A DNA stretch of 64,000 nucleotides. Origin: an uncultured Verrucomicrobiae bacterium (lineage in GTDB: Bacteria; Verrucomicrobiota; Verrucomicrobiia; Palsa-1439). A program made the translations under genes and the position numbers. Each line of letters starts with the position of its first letter. The first letter of the stretch is position 1. The notes below the pieces were generated by a model. That model did not search any database, had not been told where the DNA came from, and saw only the letters and a list, made by a program, of their open reading frames with translations. Where the stretch lies: positions 627,378-691,377 of the forward strand of contig CAWEWF010000001.1 in assembly GCA_963812605.1 (NCBI GenBank). Direction: 5' to 3'. This document shows positions 55,701-64,000 of this stretch, piece after piece.

Positions 55701-58700
55701 TCCTTGTCCGTGACTGGCGCCACCTTCGTCGTGACCACGGCCTCCGCTTCCAAACTCGTATACACCAGCGTTCCCGCCATTACTAATACGGCTGGCGGAA
55801 CCTTGTCTGCCTTCACCGTGCAGATTCAGGATCAATTCAACAACAATGTTCCATCCAGCGGCGTACCGATCACCATGAGCCTGGCCACCGGCACTTTTGC
55901 CAGCGGCACCACGCCAATCAACTCCGATGTAAACGGCACGGCCACCTTCAGCGACCTGATTATCACCAACGCGGGCAACAACACTCTGACGGCATCGTCG
56001 CCAGGGCTGGCTTCGGCGAATCAGTCGCTGGTCATTCTCCCGGGGACGTATGCCATTACCTTCCAGCAGGATGCGCCTTCCCCGGCCACCGCTGGCGTGA
56101 CTTTCGCGCCCCCGGTTGCCGTGCGAATCTCCGATCCGTTTAACAACGTGCTCAGCAATCGGACGGTCACACTGTCCCTCCTGAATGGCGGTACCCTGAA
56201 CGGGACGCTGTCGCGGACGACAGCCAATAATGGCGTGGCGACGTTCACCAATCTGACGATCAATGTCGTTGGTACCAACTATTCCCTGGTAGCCACCTCC
56301 ACCAATTCCCTGTCCGTGACCGGCATTACATTCGCCGTCAATGCGGCCCCCGCCTCCAAACTGATTTACGGCACCGTACCCGTCACAACGAATACCGCCG
56401 GCCAGACGCTGCCCGCCTTCGTCGTGCAGATTACGGATCCGTTTAACAACAATATTCTGACCAACGGCGTGCCGATCACGATGTCGCTAAATACCGGCAC
56501 ATTTGCCAGCGGTACCACGCCGGTCAACACCTCGTCGAACGGGTCGGCGACTTTCAGTGACCTGGTCATTACCAATGCCGGGAACGATACGCTCACGGCA
56601 TCCGCAGCGGGTCTGACTTCGACCAACAAGGTGCTGGTCATACTCCCGGCCCCGTACGCCATTACCTTCCAGCAGAATGCGCCGTCGGTGACCAATGCCG
56701 GGGCCATCTTCACGCCCGCGGTCGCCGTGAGGATTGCCGATACCTTCAACAACGTGCTCAGCAACCAGACGGTCACGCTGTCCCTCCTGAACGGCGGTAC
56801 CCTGAACGGCACGCTGTCGCACGCGACCGCCAACAACGGTGTGGCGACGTTCAACAACCTGAGCATCAATGTGCCCGGGACCAACTACGCCCTCGTCGCC
56901 TCTTCCACCAATTCGTTGTCCGTCACCGGTAACACCTTTACCGTGACCACGGCTGCCGCCAGCAAACTGGTTTACACGACTCCACCCGCGGCGACGAACA
57001 CCGCCGGCCAGACGCTCCCCACCTTCGTGGTGCAAGTTGAGGATCAGTTTAATAACACGATTGCTACCAACGGCGTGCCGATCACGATGTCGCTGAGTAG
57101 CGGCGCCTTCGCCAGTGGTACGACCAATACGCCTACGGACTCGGACGGCTCATCGACCTTCTTTGATCTGGTCATTACCAACGCCGGGAACAATATCCTG
57201 ACGGCTTCGGCCCCGGGCCTGACTTCGACCAACAAGGCGATCACAATCCTGAACACGGCAATTAGCAGCATCGCCTTCATTCAGGATGCGCCCTCTGCGA
57301 CCAACGACGGGGCCGTATTCACGCCGTCCGTCACGGTAATAGTAGCCGACACATTGAACAATGGGGTCTCCAACGCCACGGTCACCCTGAGCCTCAATGG
57401 CGGTGGAACCTTGAACGGAACGCTCACGCACGCCACTGCCGGCAACGGTGTGGCCACGTTTAACAACTTGAGCATCAATCAAACCGGCAACGCCTACTCC
57501 CTCACGGCCAGCACCACCAATTCCCTGTCGGTTACCGGGCATACGTTCGCCATCACTGTGGGACCGATTGCCCGCTACGTGGTGAGCGCCACAACGCCGC
57601 AAACACGCGGGGTCCCCTTCGGCGTAACGGTCACAGCCCAGGACGTGTTCAGCAACACGGTGCCCGATAGCTCCACGGTGGTGACGATGAGCGGCAGCTC
57701 GGCCAATGTGCAGTTTGACGGCAACGGGAACAGCATTTTTGGCGAGAACGGCGACAACATGCAGGTGTTGTCGAACGGGACGTTTACCATCAGCACCGAG
57801 GACACGATTGCCGAGACCATTACCGTCACTGCCACCGATGGGACCGGAAAGACCGGCACCAGCCCCTCTGTTGTCGTCAACGCGGCCAGCGGCGACTTCC
57901 GGAGCGCTACCAACGGCAACTGGAACGCCATAGCCACCTGGCAAACCTGGAATGGCTCGGCGTGGGTCGCGGCCAGCACCACGCCCGCGGGCGGCGCCGG
58001 CACCAACATCACCATTCAAAGCACCCACACGGTGACGGATAATGTGGCCGTGGGCCTGACCGGCACATTGATTGCCCAGGGAACGGCCAGCTTCTCCGCC
58101 GGCGGATCGATCAGCGTCGGGTCCGGTGGTCTGGTACAAAACTCGGGAACCATCAATGGTTCCGCGGCCACCCTGATCTTCCAATCGGGCGGCGCCTACC
58201 AGCACAACTTCACGACAGTACCGGGCAACATCCCGATCTCGACATGGAACGCCGGCTCAACCGTCGAATTCATTGGCTTCACCAGCGGTACCATTAGTAT
58301 CGTCGACGGTACCGGTTGGAACCAGGTTTTCCAGAATGTGATATGGAATTGCCCCAACATGTCGGGCTCTTGCAACATTAATCCCAGCGGCGTTACGGAT
58401 AGCATGACGAATATCCTTGGTAATCTTACTGTGATTACCACGGGCACCGGTACGCTGCGTTTCGATTCTCACTCTTCGACCGTCGTTCCGCTCATAATCG
58501 GCGGCGATTTCGTCCTTCAATCAGGCACTTTTGACCTGGGCTCTGACAGCGGCGCCAATCAGTGGATCCTACGCGGAAATTATCTCCAAAACGGCGGTAC
58601 CGTTCAGAACTCAGGCAGCGCTGGTGGAACCGTTACCTTTGCCGGGGCCAACAAGACATTCACACGAAACAGTGGCACCCTCGTTGGGGGCAATTACAAC

Positions 58701-61460
58701 TTCATCGTCACCAACAACGCGTCGCTGACAATGAACAGTGGAATCACCGTTGCGGGCGTCACCGTGTTCAATACCGGCACGCTGAACTGCGGCACCAACG
58801 TCGTCAGCGGCACCGGCAGTTTCGTGCTGAACTCGGGCGGTGCGTTGGGTATCGGCTCCACGGGCGGCATCGCGTTGTCGGGCGCAACGGGCAATGTCCA
58901 AACCACCACCCGTAGTTTCAACACGGGTGGCATCTACATCTACAACGGCTCCGTCTCCCAGGCGGCCGGCAGCGGCTTGCCTGCGACCGTTAGCGCCTTG
59001 ATCGTCACCAATACCGGAGGAACCGTCTCGCTGGGCGCTACTGTGAGCGTCACCAGTAATTTGACGGTGTCCGCCGGAACGTTTGATTTGGGTAGTTTCA
59101 CCGCGAACCGAGCGACCAGCGGGGGCACGCTGACGGTAGCCAACGGCGCGGCCTTGAATATCGGTGGCACGAATCCGTTCCCATCCAATTATGCCACCCT
59201 CAATCTCGGGACGAACAGCACGGTTGTGTACGAGGGATCGGCCCAGAACGTATCGGCGCTGCCCTACGGCAATCTCACGACCAGCGGAAGCGGCATCAAG
59301 ACGCTTCAGCCCGGCGCGACAACCATCGCTGAGGAGCTGACCATCGGTTCGGGCACGACCTTTGCCGCCGGCACGAACAACTTCAACATCGCCGGTGATT
59401 GGGACAACAACGGCGGCTTCACGTCCAGTGGCTCGCAGACCGTTACCTTTAACGGCTCCAGCCCACAGAACGTCGATGAGGGTACGTCTTTGACGACCTT
59501 CAACAACGTCACGATCAACAGCAACTCCGTGCTGAACCTCGCATTCACCGGTTCAGACAACGTCCAATTCCTGGTAATCGGGGGCGTAACCGAGCCTACG
59601 GGCACCTGGGGCGCGACCGGCTCCGGCGCAGCCAACACCGACAACGTTCACTTCCAGGGTACAACCGGGACGCTGAACGTCCTTGCCTCGCTCACGGTCC
59701 CATCGAGCACGGCGTTGATTAGTTCCGCCAATCCGCAGACATACGGCCAGCCAGTTACCTTTACCGCGACTGTTACGGGAACCGGACCGGTACCGACGGG
59801 CACCATCACGTTTATGGACGGCACGAACACCATGGGCACCGGAGGGCTGAATGCAGGCCAGGGACTCTTCGTCACCAATACGCTGCCGGCGGGTCTGCAT
59901 TTGGTCACGGCGATCTACGGTGGCGACGGTAACTTCAATGGCAGCGCCTCCGGCGTCTTGTCGCAGCAGATTACCCAGGCTGGCCTGACGGTCACCGGAA
60001 TTACGGCCAACGACAAGACTTACGACGGCGGCACAAACGCCACCCTTAACACTGGTGGCGCGGCGCTCGTCGGCGTGATTGGTTCGGACAACGTGACGCT
60101 CAACACGGGCGCCGCGACAGGCTTCTTCACCGATAAGAACGTGGGCTTGGGCAAGACGGTAAATGTGAGCGGGCTGACGATCGGCGGTACGGCCTCGGGC
60201 AACTATTCCCTGACGCAACCCACCACCAATGCGAGCATTTTCGCGCTCTCCATCTCGGTGACGGCAGCGGCAAACAGCAAGACCTATGACGGCACGAACA
60301 CTGCCGCGGCTTCGCCGACGATCACGACCGGTAGCCTGCAGGGCACTGACATCGCCGGCTTCTCGGAAATCTACGACAACAAGAACGTAGGCACAAGCAA
60401 GACGCTCACGCCGAGTGGCAGTGTTATCGACGGCAATGGCGGTAATAACTACACCATCGCGTTCTTCACCGCCAACACGGGCAGCATCAGCACACGTTCT
60501 ATCACTGTCACGGCAGCCGCAAACACCAAGACGTATGACCAGACGACGAGCGCGGCGGCCTTGCCGACGATCACCACTGGCAGCTTGCAAGGCACGGATA
60601 CCGCCGGCTTCTCGGAGACCTACAGCAACAAGATCGTGGCCACAGGTAAGACGCTCACGCCTGCTGGCAGCGTCAATGACGGCAATAGCGGTAATGACTA
60701 CGCGGTCACTTTCGTCCCGGTCAACACGGGCGTCATCAATACGCTCTCGCTTACGGTGAGCGCCACGGGCGTGGACAAGGTGTACGACGGCACGACAAAC
60801 GCCACCGTCACGCTCACTGACAATCGTCTCTCCGGTGACAGCTTCAGCGACACCTACACGATGGCCAGCTTTGCTGACGCGAATGTGGGCAGCAACAAGA
60901 CGGTGAGCGTCAGCGGCATCGCCATCTCCGGGATCGACGCGACCAATTACACGGCCAATACCACGGCCAGCACCACGGCCAACATCACGGCGGGATCCCT
61001 GACGATCAGTGCCGACAACAAGAGTAAGACGGCCGGTCTGTCCAATCCGCCACTGACGGCCAGCTACGTCGGCTTTGTCGGCGGCGATGACACCAACTCG
61101 CTGACGACGCAGGCGACCTTGAGCACGACAGCAACCACCAATAGTCCTGTCGGCATGTACCCGATCACCGCCAGCGGCGCGGCATCGCCGAATTACACGA
61201 TCAGCTACAACAGCGGCACGCTCACGGTGTTTGCGGTGCCGCAGTTGACCGCTCTCGGTATCAGCGGAAACCAGTTCATCTTCAGCTTCCCCACGCTCTC
61301 GAATCAGTTGTACCAGGTGGAGTTCAAAGATGATATGTCGGCGCCGATCTGGAATGATTTGGGCGGCCCGCTCAATGGCACCGGTGGTTCCATCACAATC
61401 ACCAATACGATTTCTGGTTCGAAGCGCTTCTTCCAGGTGGGAGTCATGCCAGGGCAATAG
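49716..61460 (+). CDS. giant repetitive surface protein/adhesin, ~3,900 aa (frameshifts ~51930, ~52321, ~52897)
   Basis: Signal peptide; about 17 alternating ~100-aa Ig-like repeats; a duplicated ~700-aa beta-rich module; Big_3-like (YGQPVTFTATV), YDG (DKTYDG) and MBG (NPPLTASYVGFVGGD) domains; repeats run in register across all four ORF pieces. Confidence 0.88.
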
Positions 61461-61681
61461 GGGATTTTGGGAATTACCGATGCCCTGAGGGTCCTGCGCT
61501 TTTTGATCGATGATCGAATTGTGCGAGTGCTTGAAGGGGAAGGGGAGTTTGGTGCGCCGCATCGTGGTCAACTCGAACTTGCCAGAACCTGGTGTCTTGT
61601 AATCACTTGTGAAAATGGCAGTGGAACCAGTTTTATCTGTCCAACGCGGGCGTGGGTCGCTCAAGCGCGTGGTTCGACGCC

Positions 61682-62164
61682 TTACTCAAAATTGAGCCGG
61701 TACCGGCGTCGGTATCGTGCGCCCCGAGCATACATCTCATGCTTCTTGGGTATCCGGACCGTTTCGATCCACTGCGCTCCAAGAATCTCGCATGTTCTTT
61801 GGGAGGGGATGTTCTTCGGGTCCACCGTCAGCCACACGGCCTTCAGACCGTGAGCGCGAGCAAGGGGTAGCAGCAGCCAACAACTCCTGGCGGCGTACCG
61901 ATGACCACGGAATCTCCGCTTCACTGCGTATCCAATGTGACCGGGGTAGCGCAGGGCGAGCGCAGAACCGATACGCAGCCGAATACTTCCCATCGCGACA
62001 GCCCTGCCGGGACGGCGCATCTCAAATTCGTATCCGGGAGAATAGCGTTTGACCGGGTCTGCTGGTGTTGTGCGCACCAACACCAACTGCAAGTCTCCGT
62101 CGATGAGCCTTCCCGGTTTAAGAAATCTGAATGGCGTCTTCACAGCCTGTCTGTCGCTCTTCAT
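61682..62164 (-). CDS. GNAT family acetyltransferase
   Basis: GSIRLRIG..GHIGYAV..RFRGHRYAA, VWLTVDPKNIPSQRTCEILGA. Confidence 0.82.
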   Translation of the reverse strand: MKSDRQAVKTPFRFLKPGRLIDGDLQLVLVRTTPADPVKRYSPGYEFEMRRPGRAVAMGSIRLRIGSALALRYPGHIGYAVKRRFRGHRYAARSCWLLLPLARAHGLKAVWLTVDPKNIPSQRTCEILGAQWIETVRIPKKHEMYARGARYRRRYRLNFE

Positions 62165-62180
62165 GAGTCGGGTTTTGATG

Positions 62181-62776
62181 GCTACGCCTGCTTTGTATCT
62201 GACTGATTTCGACTTTGGTAAGTGTAAAAAAAGTCCGCTAAGGTGGGGGAACGCAAAAACTGCCGGGCCTCGAGCCGGATTTGGGAATTCAAACCACTGC
62301 AAATGGGGAAACACTTTGGTATTTTGCAGCTCTGCATATTCTCTACGCCGTCGCTCGTAGGTGGTCACGACCCACAAGAGAATGGAGTCTCGATTAAAGA
62401 ACGCTTTTCGAAAATTTTCCTTGTTGCCTGAGTACAGTTCTTCGCCCGACATTGCGCGACGAAATGTTCGGCGAAACGCTCTGGCAAGCACAGTCAAGAA
62501 TCCGTAATTGAGCCACATAATGCAGGTGGCTCTCGACCAAATCAGGTTCCTCGCGGTTCCATAGTTGCCGTCAACAATCCAGCGGTCCGCGGAAATAGCG
62601 GCGGTGACCAGCGCGGTAAACTCGTCCTCAGATTTTGCGACCCAATTCGGCTTCCAGTACAGTGCATCGAGTTCGATATGAGGGTGTCGCAAGATCGCCG
62701 CGAGTTGCCGGGAGTATGAAGTTTTGCCGCAACAGCTTGTTCCGACGACGACAACCCTTTCAAGACCAGAAATCAT
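62181..62776 (-). CDS. adenylate kinase-like / topology modulation (FlaR-like) P-loop protein (probable frameshift ~62272)
   Basis: RVVVVGTSCCGKT, IELDALYW, WIVDGNY; the alternative frame gives EARQFLRS...*. Confidence 0.78.
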
Positions 62777-62866
62777 GGAACGCGACTCCCCAGGATGGTC
62801 GGCCCAACCGCGAAAGCGGAACGGACGGCGCAACCGGCATTGGCTCCGGTGCGGTGTTGGGCCGCA

Positions 62867-63205
62867 TCATAGCAATTTTCTGAAATATGTCGCCGACTCG
62901 TCATAGCCAAGATTGCGGTAAAATGATGCGGCTCGTCGAGTAGCCAAACCGACCAGCTTGGACTGACGACTTCTGGCCCACTGCTCGAAACTCTCGATCA
63001 ACTGCCGACCTACGCCACGGCGACGTAAGTTCTCTGCCACCACGATTTCCTCAACCCATGAGACGCGACCGTTCGCATAAAAGGTGTGGTGGTCGAAGCC
63101 CAACAAATATCCAATTACCTGCTCGCCGTCTGATGCGACGGCGACAAACGCATCGGGTGGCTTCGCGCTCATTACGCGGGGCGCGTGAAAACGCCTAGCG
63201 GCCAT
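62867..63205 (-). CDS. GNAT family acetyltransferase (possibly N-terminally truncated)
   Basis: WVEEIVV...RRRGVGRQL, AASFYRNLGY. Confidence 0.8.
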   Translation of the reverse strand: MAARRFHAPRVMSAKPPDAFVAVASDGEQVIGYLLGFDHHTFYANGRVSWVEEIVVAENLRRRGVGRQLIESFEQWARSRQSKLVGLATRRAASFYRNLGYDESATYFRKLL

Positions 63206-63468
63206 TTGCCGAGCGCTTGCTGAATCAAGAGATTGAAACTCTTGCCGGTGCGACAGTGTTCGGCTGCCACGAACTTGAGGCGATTTGCGTAATTTAGGTT
63301 GTTGCGTCGAAGCTCTTTGTTCTCGCCAAAGTACCTGAGCGTCGAATTGAACGTCTCCTCCCGGTCCTTCAGCGAGAAATGATGGAGGGTCGAGAGTTGC
63401 TGCTGCGACATTCCGGCTCTCCTAAGATAACGTGCATCCTCAACCAACTGCTCGCAGATGTGGCTCAT
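63172..63468 (-). CDS. hypothetical protein
   Basis: ATG with GGGAG RBS and protein-like composition; no family recognised. Confidence 0.4.
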   Translation of the reverse strand: MSHICEQLVEDARYLRRAGMSQQQLSTLHHFSLKDREETFNSTLRYFGENKELRRNNLNYANRLKFVAAEHCRTGKSFNLLIQQALGKWPLGVFTRPA

Positions 63469-63638
63469 AAACGCTCCCGGTGATACGCATAATGGGCGAA
63501 CCCCATTTAATCCCCGCTCGACCCGCAAGGAAAGCACAAAACAGGCATCGCGATAGAGGTGAGCATCTCAGTGACCTCTCTGCCGAAAAGGGTGCGGCGG
63601 GCGGAAACAGTCGGAGAGTCACCGATATCTGCACAAGG

Positions 63639-64000
63639 TCATCCGATTCCGAATCTCATAGCGATGTTCAAACTGCTTGTTTTCCCTGCCGTTTCAACCC
63701 GTCCGCAAACTGTCGTCACATTTGACTGGCTTTTGTAAACCTGTATCCCCACCATATTCCCCTCGTTGGGCATAACCTGGGCAAGACCGATCTGTGGGTG
63801 ATCGCCATCGAGCCCAAGTAGAGCGAGGTACAACAGAAACGTTCACATCTCTGAACTCCAACATCCTTATGAATATTCCCCTTCACCATGTCGTCCGGCC
63901 AGGCATAGTCCATTTCATGGCCTTTCCGGCCACGATGAAGGGCGAAGGGCCAATTCTTGAGACCTGTCACCAGATTCTGGCGGACGATTTTTTCGAAGAG
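63639..64000 (-). CDS. partial hypothetical protein running off the window (probably frameshifted ~63835)
   Basis: Two overlapping minus-strand ORFs with protein-like composition. Confidence 0.3.

Noticed and set aside
13498-61664. Long antisense/overlapping ORFs (e.g. 142-1311, 13498-14775, 21566-22771, 27861-29462, 50595-52019, 59553-61664)
   Set aside because: Shadow ORFs of GC-rich genes on the opposite strand; no motifs of their own.
61682-62833. Apparent P-loop kinase-GNAT fusion
   Set aside because: The linker is non-family-like and an alternative frame gives a plausible native end (EARQFLRS); probably two genes joined by an indel.

Overview
GC-rich bacterial chromosome segment. Protein style and C-terminal domains suggest Verrucomicrobiota (inference). 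It has many single-base frameshifts that look like uncorrected long-read errors. About 3-41 kb is a dense general/osmotic stress island: AI-2E, BON/OsmY, cyclic beta-1,2-glucan synthase, YtxH, DUF948, Dps, DUF202, OM barrel, DUF2934, DUF3185, CsbD, DUF3309, CBS and DUF1328. These are interleaved with four HisKA_3 kinases (one a CheB/CheR fusion), four NarL/LuxR regulators, three tandem-ACT paralogues and four secreted OB-fold paralogues. The main unannotated signal is a palindromic DNA element, TAGGA-N5-TCCTA, usually extended to a 28-bp composite GCTG(A/G)-N5-nnCTAGGA-N5-TCCTA. It appears in most intergenic gaps of the island, often next to sigma70-like promoters, and is a candidate NarL-family multikinase general-stress regulon. 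A 1.7-kb poly-G/cytosine-depleted block (6450-8130) is probably a sequencing artefact and may mask a gene. The right part carries czcCBA-like efflux genes plus an orphan czcA 3' remnant, three Tad minor pilins, a ~3,900-aa repetitive adhesin and GNAT/kinase genes.
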